Source: Haliotis rubra (Eukaryota). From it: a stretch of DNA of 64,000 nucleotides. The notes below the pieces were generated by a model that was not told where the DNA came from, did not search any database, and saw only the letters and a list, made by a program, of their open reading frames with translations. Made by a program: the position numbers and the translations under genes. Where the stretch lies: NCBI RefSeq assembly GCF_003918875.1, contig NW_025767252.1, forward strand, positions 496,001 to 560,000, in the 5' to 3' direction. Shown one piece after another: positions 26,601-40,122 of this stretch (position 1 is its first letter; each line of letters begins with the position of its first letter).

Positions 26601-28910
26601 CAGACAGTAGTATACCAGCTGGACCAGAACATCACAGACAGTAGTATACCAGCTGGACCAGAACATCACAGAACAGTAGTATACCAGCTGGACCAGAACA
26701 TCACAGACAGTAGTATACCAGCTGGACCAGAACATCACAGTCAGTAGTATACCAGCTGGACCAGAACATCACAGTCAGTAGTATACCAGCTGGAACATCA
26801 CAGAACATACCAGCTGGACCAGAACATCACAGTCAGTAGTATACCAGCTGGACCAGAACATCACAGACAGTAGTACACCAGCTGGACCAGAACATCACAG
26901 ACAGTAGTATACCAGCTGGACCAGAACATCACAGACAGTAGTATACCAGCTGGACCAGAACATCACAGACAGTAGTATACCAGCTGGACCAGAACATCAC
27001 AGTCAGTAGTATACCAGCTGGACCAGAACATCACAGTCAGTAGTATACCAGCTGGACCAGAACATCACAGACAGTAGTATACCAGCTGGACCAGAACATC
27101 CAGAACATCACAGTCAGTAGTATACCAGCTGGACCAGAACATCACAGTCAGTAGTATACCAGCTGGACCAGAACATCACAGTCAGTAGTATACCAGCTGG
27201 ACCAGAACATCACAGTCAGTAGTATACCAGCTGGACCAGAACATCACAGACAGTAGTATACCAGCTGGACCAGAACATCACAGTCAGTAGTATACCAGCT
27301 GGACCAGAACATCACAGACAGTAGTATACCAGCTGGACCACCATCACAGAGTACATCACAGAACATCACAGTAGTATACCAGCTGGACCAGAACATCACA
27401 GACAGTAGTATACCAGCTGGACAGAACATCACAGACAGTAGTATACCAGCTGGACCAGAACATCACAGACAGTAGTATACCAGCTGGACCAGAACATCAC
27501 AGTCAGTAGTATACCAGCTGGACCAGAACATCACAGACAGTAGTATACCAGCTGGACCAGAACATCACAGACAGTAGTATACCAGCTGGACCAGAACATC
27601 ACAGACAGTAGTATACCAGCTGGACCAGAACATCACAGTCAGTAGTATACCAGCTGGACCAGAACATCACAGACAGTAGTATACCAGCTGGACCAGAACA
27701 TCACAGACAGTAGTATACCAGCTGGACCAGAACATCACAGTCAGTAGTATACCAGCTGGACCAGAGACATCACAGACCAGAACAGTACACCAGCTGGACC
27801 AGAACATCACAGTCAGTAGTATACCAGCTGGACCAGAACATCACAGACAGTAGTATACCAGCTGGACCAGAACATCACAGTCAGTAGTATACCAGCTGGA
27901 CCAGAACATCACAGACAGTAGTATACCAGCTGGACCAGAACATCACAGTCAGTAGTATACCAGCTGGACCAGAACATCACAGACAGTAGTACACCAGCTG
28001 GACCAGAACATCACAGTAGTATACAGTACCAGAACACACAGCTGGACCAGCTGGAACATCACAGACAGTAGTATACCAGCTGGACCCAGAAACATCACAG
28101 TCAGTAGTACACCAGCTGGACCAGAACATCACAGACAGTAGTATACCAGCTGGACCAGAACATCACAGTCAGTAGTATACCAGCTGGACCAGAACATCAC
28201 AGACAGTAGTACACCAGCTGGACCAGAACATCACAGTCAGTAGTAGTACCCAGCTGGACCAGAACATCACAGACAGTAGTATACCAGCTGGACCAGAACA
28301 TCACAGTCAGTAGTATACCAGCTGGACCAGAACATCACAGTCAGTAGTATACCAGCTGGACCAGAACATCACAGACAGTAGTATACCAGCTGGACCAGAA
28401 CATCACAGACAGTAGTACAGCTGGACCAGAACATCACAGACAGTAGTATACATCACAGTCAGTAGTATACCAGCTGGACCAGAACATCACAGACAGTAGT
28501 ATCCAGCTGGACCAGTACATACAGTCAGCTGCTGACCAGAACATCACAGTCAGTAGTACACCAGCTGGACCAGAACATCACAGTCAGTAGTATACTAGCT
28601 GGACCAGAACATCACAGTCAGTAGTATACCAGCTGGACCAGAACATCACAGACAGTAGTATACCAGCTGGACCAGAACATCACAGACAGTAGTATACCAG
28701 CTGGACCAGAACATCACAGACAGTAGTATACCAGCTGGACCAGAACATCACAGTCAGTAGTATACCAGCTGGACCAGAACATCACAGACAGTAGTATACC
28801 AGCTGGACCAGAACATCACAGACAGTAGTATACCAGCTGGACCAGAACATCACAGTCAGTAGTATACCAGCTGGACCAGAACATCACAGTCAGCAGTTTA
28901 CTGGCTGGAC
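23697..28910. repeat. 34-bp satellite, ~150 copies
   Basis: Unit accagctggaccagaacatcacag(t/a)cagtagta(t/c). Confidence 0.98.
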
Positions 28911-28911
28911 T

Positions 28912-29182
28912 CAGGGGTTGAAAATGTTGTCAAAACACCACTGGACAAAACACACATCCAGTAAACTTCAAAAACCACTTGACCAAATATTAATTTCACT
29001 TGATCACAATTAACAATTTGGTTTCTTTTGCAAGTAAACTATAAACAACAGAACAGCTAATAAAACATTCCAGTAGTTTGGCACAATTGTATCAATGTAA
29101 AGTTTAATGTGGTTATTTACTTGACCGACCAGAAAATTCCACTTGACCCGGGAGTTGGGCAATGGTATTTTATCAACCCCTG
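28912..29182. mobile_element. hAT-like MITE with CAGGGGTTGA TIRs
   Basis: caggggttga ... tcaacccctg; flanks tggact / tggacc (6 bp, 1 mismatch). Confidence 0.65.
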
Positions 29183-29351
29183 TGGACCGAGCCGTAGTCA
29201 GTTGTGTACAATATTCCAGCCATATTTTAAAACAAAATGAATAAAAAGACATAATTTAATTGAAGCCATGAATCCTGTAATGGATAGTATTATTAGAAGT
29301 AAAACCTGCCCTCAACTATCAAATTTGCATGTCGGACCTAATTAATCATCT

Positions 29352-32300
29352 CAACCACAACAAACTATCATCCCATCCAGTAAGTCACAACTATCAACCA
29401 TCCCATCCAGTAAGTCACAACCATTTACGATCCCATTCAGTAAGTCACAACCACCTACCATCCCATCCAGTAAGTCACAACCATCTACCATCCAGTAAGT
29501 CGCAACCATCTACCATCCAGTAAGTCACAACCACCTACCATCCCATCCAGTAAGTCACAACCATCTACCATCCCATCCAGTAAGTCACAACCATCTACAA
29601 TCCCATCCAGTAAGTCACAACCAACTATCATCCCATCCAGTAAGTCACAACCATCTACCATCCCATCCAGTAAGTCACAACCAACTATCATCCCATCCAG
29701 TAAGTCACAACAAACTATCATCCCATCCAGTGGAGTCACAACCATCTACAATCCATCCAGTCTACCATCCCATCAGTAAATCCATCTACCATCTACCATC
29801 CATCCTATAAATTCATTCCCATCCAGTAAGTCACAACCATTTACCATCCCATCCAGTAAGTCGCAGCCATCTTCCATCCCATCCAGTAAGTCATTTCTAT
29901 CATCCCATCCAGTAAGTCACAATCATTAAAACCAACTATCATCCATCCAGTAAGTCACAACCAACTATCATCCCATCCAGTAAGTCACAACCATTTACCA
30001 TCCCATCCAGTAAGTCACAACCAACTATCATCCCATCCAGTCCAGCAACCAACTATCATCCCATCCAGTAAGTCGCAACCAACTATCATCCCATCCAGTA
30101 AGTCACAACAAACTATCATCCCATCCAGTAAGTCACAACCATCTACCATCCCATCCAGTAAGTCACAACCATCTATCATCCCATCCAGTAAGTCACAACA
30201 AACTATCATCCCATCCAGTAAGTCACAACAAATAATTCTACAATCCCATCCAGTAAGTCACAACCAACTATCATCCCATCCAGTAAGTCACAACCATCTA
30301 CCATCCCATCCAGTAAGTCACAACCATCTACCATCCCATCCAGTAAGTCACAACCAACTATCATCCCATCCAGTAAGTCACAACCATCTACCATCCCATC
30401 CAGTAAGTCACAAACCATCTACCATCCCATCCAGTAAGTCACAACCAACTATCATCCCATCCAGTAAGTCACAACAAACTATCATCCCATCCAGTGAGTC
30501 ACAACCATCTACAATCCCATCCAGTAAGTCCAAATCCATGGGGGTCATCCCATCCAGTAAGTCAATCACAACCATCTTACATCTACCATCCATCCAGTGG
30601 AGTCAACCATCTACCATCCATCCAGTGGAGTCACAAACCATCTACCATCCCATCCAGTGAAGTTACTGAACCATCTATCATCCCATCCGTGTTAAATTAT
30701 GACCAACTATCATCCCATCCAGTGAAGTCCTGACCATCTACAATCCCATCCAGTAAGTCAGCTGACCATCTACCATCCATCCAGTGAAGTCCACAACCAT
30801 CTACCGATCCATCCGGTGAAGTCGCATGACCTTCTACAATCCATCCAGTAAAGAGTCATGACCATCTACTGATCCCGCAAATCCAGTGAAGTCATGACCA
30901 TCTACCATCCATCCAGTAAGTCATGACCATCTACCATCCCATCCAGTAAGTCTGCAACCATTTACCATCCATCCAGTGAAGTTAATGACCATCTACCATC
31001 CCATCCAGGTAGGTGAACCATCTATTATCCCATCCAGTAAGTCAAAGCGACAAGAACTATCATCCATCCAGTGGAGTCACAACCATCTACAATCCATCCG
31101 AGTGAAGTCATGACCATCTACCATCCCATCCAGTGAAGTCGCAACCATCTACCATCCCATCCAGTGAGAGTCCATGACCATTTTACCATCCCATCCAGTG
31201 GGGAGTCACCATCTACCATCCATCCAGTGAAGTCATGACCATCTATCATCCATCCAGTAAGTCACAAGCAACCAGCTATCATCCACATCCAGTGAAGTCA
31301 ACCATCTATCATCCCATCCAGGTGAGAAGTCGGCGAGACTATTGTCCCATCCAGTAAGTCTGACCAACTATCATCCCATCCAGTAAAGTCATGACCATCT
31401 ATCATCCCATCCAGTAAGTCACAAACCAACTATCATCCATCCAGTAAGTCACAACCATCTACCATCCCATCCAGTAGAGTCACAACCAACTATCATCCCA
31501 TCCAGTGTCACAACCAACTATCATCCCATCCAGTAAGTCACAACCATTTATCATCCCATCCAGTGTCACAACCAACTATCATCCCATCCAGTAAGTCACA
31601 ACCAGCTATCATCCCATCCAGTAAAATTAAGCAACCAACTATCATCCCATCCAGTAAGTCGCAACCAACTATCATCCCATCCAGTAAGTCACAACAAACT
31701 ATCATCCCATCCAGTAAGTCACAACCAACTATCATCCCATCCAGTAAGTCACAACCAACTATCATCCCATCCAGTAAGTCACAATAAACTATCATCCCAT
31801 CCAGTGGAAGTCACAACCATCTACAGTCCCATCAGTAAGTCCAACTATCTATCATCCCATCCAGTAAGTCACAATAACTATCATCCCATCCAGTAAGTCA
31901 TGACCAACTATCATCCCATCCAGTAAGTCACAACAAACTATCATCCCATCCAGTGTGAGTCACAACCATCTACAATCCCATCCAGTAAGTCACAACCAAG
32001 TATCATCCATCCAGTAAGTCACAACCAACTATCATCCCATCCAGTAAGTCACAACCAACTATCATCCCATCCAGTAAGTCTGACAAATAAACTACCATCC
32101 CATCCATTAAGTCACAACCAACTATCATCCCATCCAGTAAGTCACAACCATCTACCATCCCATCCAGTAAGTCACAACCAACTATCATCCCATCCAGTAA
32201 GTCACAACCATCTACCATCCCATCCAGTAAGTCACAACCATCTACCATCCCATCCAGTAAGTCACAACCAACTATCATCCCATCCAGTAAGTCACAACCA

Positions 32301-33710
32301 TCTACCATCCCATCCAGTAAGTCACAACCATCTACCATCCCATCCAGTAAGTCACAACCATCTACAATCCCATCCAGTAAGTCACAACCAACTATCATCC
32401 CATCCAGTAAGTCACAACCATTTACCATCCCATCCAGTAAGTCACAACCATTTACCATCCCATCCATTAAGTCACAACCATTAACGATCCCATCCAGTAA
32501 GTCACAACCATTTACGATCCCATCCAGTAAGTCACAACCATTTACGATCCCATCCAGTAAGTCACAACCATCTACCATCTCAACCAGTAAGTCACAACCA
32601 TCTACCATCCATCCAGTAAGTCACAAACATCTACCATCACAACCAGCAAGTCACAAAATCTACCATCACAACCAGCAAGTCACAAACATCTACCATCCCA
32701 TCCAGTAAGTCACAACCATCCCATCCAGTGTCACAACCATCTACCATCCCACCCAGTTAGTCACAACCATTTACCATCCCATCCAGTGTCACAACCATCT
32801 ACCATCCCTGACAGTAAGTCACAACCATCCCATCCAGTGTCACAACCATCTACCATCCCACCCAGTTAGTCACAACCATTTACCATCCCATTTTACCAGT
32901 CATCCAGTGTCACAACCATCTACCATCCCATCCAGTAAGTCACAACCATCTACAATCCCATCCAGTAAGTCACAACCAACTATCATCCCATCCAGTAAGT
33001 CACAACCATTTACCATCCCATCCAGTAAGTCACAACCATTTACCATCCCATCCAGTAAGTCACAACCAATGCCAGCTATCATCCCATCCAGTAACTCACA
33101 ACCATTCACCATCCCATCCAGTAAAGTCACAACCATTTACCATCCCATCCAGTAAAGTCCACAACCATTTACTGTCCCATCCAGTAACTCCACAACCATT
33201 AACGATCCATCCAGTAAGTCACAACCATTTCTGATCCATCCATGTCCAAACCAGTTTACTGATCCCATCAGTAAGTCACAACCATCTATCATCTCAACCA
33301 GTTTGTCTGAAAACATCTACGATCACAACCAATGAGTCACAAACATCTACCATCCCATCCAGTGTCACCAACCATCCGTAGGTGTACCATCCCATCCCAG
33401 TTAGTCACAACCATTTCTGATCCATCCAGTGTCACAACCATCTACCATCCCTGACAGTAAGTCACAACCATCCCATCCAGTGTCACAACCATCTACCATC
33501 CCACCCAGTTAGTCACAACCATTTACCATCCCATCCAGTGTCACAACCATCTACCATCCCATCCAGTAAGGCACAACCATCTGCCATCCCAACCAGCAAG
33601 TCACAACCATCTACCATCCCATCCAGTGTCACAACCATCTACCATCCCATCCAGCAAGTCACAACCATCTACCATCCCATCCAGTAAGTCACAACTAGCT
33701 CCCACCCAGT
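29352..33710. repeat. 30-bp satellite, ~140 copies, with indel-rich central block
   Basis: Unit atcccatccagtaagtcacaaccatctacc; gives the GCDLLDGMVD spurious ORFs. Confidence 0.97.
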
Positions 33711-34376
33711 TCATTGAAGTTTTATTCCAGAGTAGCATCGAGTCACATGGGTGTGGCTGAAATCAGAGATTCAAAGACTATGCCACAGCCCTTATCAAGT
33801 ATGACATACTGGTTCTGTAGCCAATAAATCCACATCGCAACCCCTCGCTGCCCAGCTCCATACAGAGGATAGGTCCTGGCCTGAAGGCCTTGACTCAAGG
33901 TGTAAGGTTGGTTTTAACTCCATTGTTGACTGTATTCCAGATATAGCACAAAATATCAGTGTTTTGTGATTGGAAAACGAAGTGAATTTTTTGTTCAGTA
34001 TGTTTACAGTATTAACAATCATCTCACATTGATGTAGAATCTCCTGACTGCAACAGAAGTAATGTCACATAACATAAAACCAGTATACAGAATCAGTGGG
34101 GGACCCTGGGTCTGAAAGGTCAAGCCCTGTTTCTACTGTCCTCAAACTTACAAGAGTTTAGGTCACCGTTATCAGGCCAAAAAGACTAAGATGCATCATT
34201 ACATTGTGCACAATGTTAAAAAAACCTCTGGATTTACAAATATATGAACTACTTTAGACACAACCATGATTTGAGCCAATTTACCCGCCGGTGGCAACAT
34301 CCTAGATAAAGTTTGTACTGTAATATGAAATTTATTGGCAAATAAGTAATTTCTGATTTGTATAGCAAGTTTCAAT

Positions 34377-34527
34377 GAGTGAGCGAGTATGGATTTATTC
34401 CGCTTTTAGCAATATTCCAGCAATATCAGAGCGAGGGACACCAGAAATGGGTTTCTCACATTGAACCCATGTGGGGAATTGAACCTGGGTCTTCAGTGTG
34501 ACAAGCAAATGCTTTAACCACTGGCCT
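34377..34527 (-). mobile_element. tRNA-derived SINE, degenerate copy
   Basis: Homologous to 38999-39166 (B-box, body, (CACT)n tail). Confidence 0.8.
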
Positions 34528-34984
34528 TACAGTATTAACACTACAAATGGTTAATGTGTGCAGTTTGTGTGTATGGTCAGATTGTTTTAGATGTGTATCA
34601 AAATAGATTTTGCCAGGGTTCTATTAAAACAATTCCCAGTCAATCACTATGTATTTCTGTGAGACCTGCAACAGGTAGGTGGGTAGGTAGCAGGTAGCTG
34701 GATGGTAAATTTGGACTGATCTCTGCCCCATCTACCATCTCCACCTGCAGCACCACGCCACACACAGGACACATTAACAGGACAGTTTGTGGCTGTGACA
34801 TTTAATTACTCAGATACAATACATGGCTCTCCTTCACGTTCAAGGTAACAATTACAAACATTACTTTCTCCAAGCATGATAAACAGTGACAACAAACTCA
34901 TCTCGTCAGTATACCACACAAACTTCCAGTTCTATGTCCATCTCGTCGGATACCACACAAAGTCCCAGACGTTTCCAACTGCAA

Positions 34985-37167
34985 TCAAGCAATCTTCCCC
35001 TTCTTTGATTTCTTCTTACCATGCTTTTTCACCACATTCTTCTGTCCTTTATTTTCAGTATCTACATTTTCACTTAATTTGAACTTCTTATTCTTCCCTG
35101 GTTTGAAGTTTTTCTCTTGCTTGTTTTTCTTTCCACCTGTAGTCTGAATCTGAAGTCCCTTCTCATGATTAATATCTCCACCACTCTGTTTCTTGTTCTG
35201 TTTTCCTTTTGCCTTCTTCTGTTTTCCTTTTGCTTTCTCCTTTCTGGTCTCCTTAGGGACCACAGATGGTTCTTCTACATCGTCGCTGCCGATTCCAGAC
35301 TCGTCCGTCTCAGTTGTCTCCACCTTTGATTTCTTCTTTTTCTTTGGTGTGCTATCGTCAGTTGGAATGACGTTGGAAAATTTCTTCAGTTTTGCCACAA
35401 AGAACCCATCCAGATTGTGTGTGTGAGGATAGAATCTACGTGTGAGCTTCATCATAGGATGAAATCGGTGATCCTGGAACTTTGCAAATCCTTCTCTTCC
35501 GAAGTCCAACCCAGTGGGAACCAGCTTTACATTCCGTTTCTTCAATGCATAGTCAATCACCCATTCATTTTCTTCCACGAGTATAGAGCATGTTGAATAT
35601 ACAAGATAGCCTCCAGTGCTGGATTTAGCATCAATGGCATCAATCGCAGCGATAATGAGTTCCTTCTGCAGATGTGAGCACCGTAAAATATCTTTCTGGT
35701 CCTTGTTCATCTTCACTTCCGGATCCTTAGCAATAACACCTGTCCCACTACAGGGAGCGTCCAACAACACGCGGTCAAAACCCTTAATAATCTTTGGCAC
35801 CTTTCTTCCATCATAGTTGCAAACGACAGTGTTCATCACACCCATCCTATGTAAGTTGCCTACTATAGCTTTAGCACGATCAGCGTTGGCGTCGTTTGCA
35901 AATATTTCACCTGTATTCCTCATCAGGGCAGCGATGTAGGTAGTTTTTCCCCTGGGGCAGCAGCCATATCCAGAACTCGCTCCCCTTCCTGTGGAGCCAG
36001 AGCCATTACAGGGAGGAAGCTGGAGCCCCCCTGGAGCAAATAGTGCCCAGCCAAGTATTCTGGTGTGGCTCCAAGGGGCACCTGTGTGTCATACACTACC
36101 AGTCCAACTTTTGACCATTTACCGATAGGGTCAAGATTAACACCTCTGTTTATCAAAGCTTGTGCTAAATCTCTCCTACGTGTCTTCAGCGTATTTGTCC
36201 TTATTGTAACTGGTCTCTGAACTTCATTAGCTTCAAGAAATTCCACAATTTCCAGAGGAAACAACTCCATCAGTTTTTCCATAAGGAAGTCATTGTAGCT
36301 GTAATATGAGCACAGGTCTTTTCTTAGCTGCATGATATAGTCATTACGATTCTTGCCTTCTTCTCTTCTTTCATTAAACTCTCTAAGTACAAGAAGAATG
36401 TCCTTCATTCTCTGTTGTATCACTGCCAAGTCTGGGGGCTGACTTGCTTCTTTCTCAACCTCTTGACCACTTGGCAGAACATATGTCTCCTTTTCAGCGA
36501 TGTTTGTTTTCAGCTCTTTTTCAGCTAACTTCATGTCTCTTTTGTGCTTCTTTTCCAGTTTCTTGGATGCCTTTTCGATTGGCAACATGTCATCATCACC
36601 ATCCTCATCATCAGTAGCATCACTGTCATCATCATCATCCCCGTCGTCTTCACTTTCATCAACCTCTTCCTCTGAGCCTTGGTCAGACATTTCCTCACCA
36701 CTATCATCTTCATCATCAGACTCCTGTTTTGGCTTCCTTTTCGGCTTTAACCACTCCTTGTTGTCATCTGTGTAACCCTTACTTTATCATCATCACCCAT
36801 CGTCTTCTTCAGAGCTGTATTCATCTTCCAGGTCGCTCCATTCTATGTCAGAATTGTAGTCGTCAGACTCTTCGTCGTCAGACAGTTTTCGCTTCTGAGC
36901 TTTCTTTTGTGATTTCCCACTATCTAAGCCCTTTTCATTCTTAGAAATCTGTTTCTTTAGTGACTTACTTTCGAGGAACTTCTTCTTTTCGGCTGATTTT
37001 ATCAGTTGTTTTTCAGTTCTCTTTTTCATTCGCTTCTTTTGTCGACTGCTCAGCGTTTTGGGCGTCTCTTTTGAGATAAGAGCAGGAAATGTTGGTTCCT
37101 TTTGTTTTTTAGCTTTTCGACCAGGCCCTGACTTTACAGGGTTCTCGAGATTGCGTTTGCGACCCAT
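34985..37167 (-). CDS. NOP2: NOP2/NSUN1 28S rRNA m5C methyltransferase, single coding exon (~727 aa after correcting 3 homopolymer indels)
   Basis: [74 protein letters not shown](GKT), [40 protein letters not shown]. Breaks at ~36780-36797 (compensating +1/-1) and ~35950 (G-run one base short). Confidence 0.9.
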
Positions 37168-38923
37168 GCTTGATGTCAGTATTTGGCAACGAGCACACTT
37201 TTCGAGCACGTGTAGCCTGTGCCGTAAACGGATAGCTTCTCCCGGTGATTGTCGTAAACAAGACAAGGGACCTTACTCTGCATGGCTTGCCGTACATTAT
37301 ACACACAGTCAACATTACTGGACCTAACACACGACGTTACAAGGAAAATGTTGTTGTTGGTAAACATCTCGGGTCTTTTCTTGGCCTGACAAAACAGGGA
37401 AGCGATGGGTTCCTTGGCTGCAACATACACACACTCTACATTAAAATGTATTTAACACCTTTCTTATTCAATGTAACTTCTGGATGATGAATGCCTTGTG
37501 TGAAACGTTTGTTTTTGTCTCTACACTTTATACGTTCAAGTTAATATTTTTATGAGTCAAATTGTATATTTATATATGTTTGTGAAGAAACCTTCACTCC
37601 TGATTGTCGACACGTCATTTCATGAGTGAGTGAGTAGGAGGACGTTCTTCAGTCGCAAGATGTGATGCAAAGCAGTATGAAATCAATCTATGAATATTTG
37701 ATATGCATTAAAAAGAAAGGCCTCGCTTCGCCTTGTCGTTCAAATCTCCTATCCCCTCCTAACACCGGAAACGAAAAAGAAACGTGTTTCTGAAATGACA
37801 TCATTCAATGTTTCCCCTTATATAGTTATAAACGCTGGATATACAAACACACGTGCACATTAAAGAAATCATCAGTATATCAGGTCATCTGTGTCTGTGG
37901 GTGTAAATGTTTTCACATTTAATAATTAATACATGTGGTATTTCACTCCTTCGTAGACGTGGAAATCCGGTGGATTCGTAGACGGATTGAGCGGTGGATT
38001 CGTAGACGTTATTAAAATGGGAAAAGGTTCAACCTCAATGATGATGAAAATCGACGAAAAGTGTTTGCATTTTGTGGGAAATAAATAAAATATATCAGGT
38101 AAAAGTATGATCGGCGGTGAAAATATATGCTTAAAATAATAAAATATGCTTCACAGCGGTCCACGTCCGACAAATTCCGACAAATCATAGGCCGCTAATA
38201 TATTAAATTCAGTTGTGTAAAATTAAAAGATATGTACTAGGTAAGTATCGTCATTCAACGTTCAACTACGCAGACCAGCAGAGAAGCAGCAGAAAACACT
38301 TCTTAAGAAAACACTTACATCTCCTACAAAGAGTATTTCGCAATCAAAACCTCACCACTTCCTAAGTAACATTCACAACAACTCGAGTGAAACCTGTTAA
38401 TCCTCCCACAACAATGAAAACAGTCGGGAAATTATGATGAGTAGACTAATTTTGTCTGATCCGTGTTACCTGTACAAACACTTATGGTATATAAACCTCA
38501 AGAAGGTAAGAAGAGATCATTCTTCAATCACACTTTCTTGTCCTTATCTGCCCTTAGTTTCGTATCACTGAAAACAAAGCATAACAACTTCGTTATATGG
38601 TATTTCAGCTCCTTTTTTCCATGTAAGCAATTTAAGTAATATATTATCAGAAATGTTAATGTGTTAAACGTTTGTTGATTTATAGAGATATCGACACGAT
38701 GCTGTGTATACATGCCTGCAACGTTATCCACTGGAATTGCTAAATAGAGATATACGTGGTGCAAGAACTACTTTATCTTGTTTCCTCGTACCTTCCTGCA
38801 TTAAGTCAAATATTCGCTATCAAGTAAAGATCGGGAGGATTGTGTTTGTTTGCATTTGTAGTTTAATGCCGCAGTTGGCAATGCCCTGGTGCCATACAGG
38901 CCTGATACAGCTTTTTGAGAAAG

Positions 38924-38965
38924 GTGTGTGTGTGTGTGTGTGCGTGCGTGTGCGTGCGTGCGCGC
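38924..38965. repeat. (TG)n(CGTG)n microsatellite
   Basis: Visible directly in the sequence. Confidence 0.9.
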
Positions 38966-38998
38966 ACTTTTGAAAAAGAGGGGGTGCACACTTCATTT

Positions 38999-39166
38999 GA
39001 CTGACTGACTGAGTTTGGTTTTACGCCGCCTTTAGCAATATTCCAGCAACATCACGGCGGGGGACACCAGAAATGGGCTTCACACATTGTGCCCATGTGG
39101 GGATTCGAACCCGGGTCTTCGGCGTGACGAGCCAACGCTTTAACCATTAGGCTACCCCACCGCCCC
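38999..39166 (-). mobile_element. Full-length tRNA-derived SINE with 10-bp TSD
   Basis: Minus strand reads ggggcggtggggTAGCCTAATGG (A box)...GGTTCGAATCC (B box), Asp-like GTC loop, (CAGT)n tail; TSD cacttcattt at 38989-38998 and 39167-39176. Confidence 0.92.
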
Positions 39167-40122
39167 CACTTCATTTTTTCGAACTTCCAGGACAAAAAAC
39201 CCCTACCCACTCGTACTTAATTGACAGGACCCAAACATGTGAATCCGGTCTCAATGAAAATAATATTATCTGATAAAGTAAAAGGCAAATATTGTGGATG
39301 ACAACTTTCTTCTTTATTGTATGTCACAACGTTTCTGGGCTATTCCTTGCCCCTTCGTCAGGTGAATTGTAATAACAAGGTCCAACATTTAACAGCATAT
39401 GTATTAACAACATAATACGTATCTTATCTGACACATTAATTCTTACCTATGTGAGCCATAAGTTAAATTCGTTCAGTGTTCACTCTGAAAGTATCTCCTC
39501 TACCGCTACACACTGACAAAACGGATTTGATATTGTTTCAACTAAGAATGTGTTTCACACATCAGCTTCTGTACCGTAAGTATAACAGAAGTCACATCAC
39601 CGACTGTGAAAACATTTTATTACACCAGCCGAGTGGTTGAACATTCCGAAACACCAATATACCACCACGGCAAAATTATATACTCCTCCACGCATATTCT
39701 TTGCTAGTGGTTCGTTCAGTTATAGCATACTTTATAAAGCACTAAGAATGCAATGTAAGGTTGTCTACTGGGGTGATACCGAGATTGATCATGTCGAGCC
39801 TCCCTCGGTGATCCTTTTCTCGTCTGTTGTATACATATTTTGGGGGTGGAAATTTGCCTGGACCTCCTGTCCCTTTGCGAAACAGTACTGTGCTGTATAT
39901 TGTTGTTAAATGGTTCTAGTCTTGGAACGTTTTGACACATAGTTGGACTTTCGTTGAGCATTTCGTGTCGACTTTTTAGTTTTACGATTTCCGCAATTGA
40001 TCTTCTATCTGCACCGACTCATTAGGGATGTATACGTGTATTCCAGTCGCTGTGTGGTGGAATTTAACAATGCCGATGCGACTTTAGCTCACTCACATAG
40101 TATATTCAAAGTGAATCCAAGG

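Noticed and set aside
23697-28910. CRISPR-like array (34-bp repeat with palindromic core)
   Set aside because: Units are head-to-tail with no unique spacers, there are no cas genes, and the context is eukaryotic.
29485-33155. Repetitive protein ORFs (GCDLLDGMVD / SQPTIIPSSK)
   Set aside because: Translation of a 30-bp satellite with frequent frame-breaking indels.
36781-36795. TGA TGA TGA TAA in NOP2 as readthrough/selenocysteine or a tiny intron
   Set aside because: Read one base over, it is GAT GAT GAT AAA (DDDK) within an acidic tract; compensating homopolymer indels explain it more simply.
39090-39166. tRNA-Asp gene
   Set aside because: A and B boxes are present but the acceptor stem is poor; the sequence continues into a repeat body and tail, has a TSD, and recurs in the window, so it is a SINE head.
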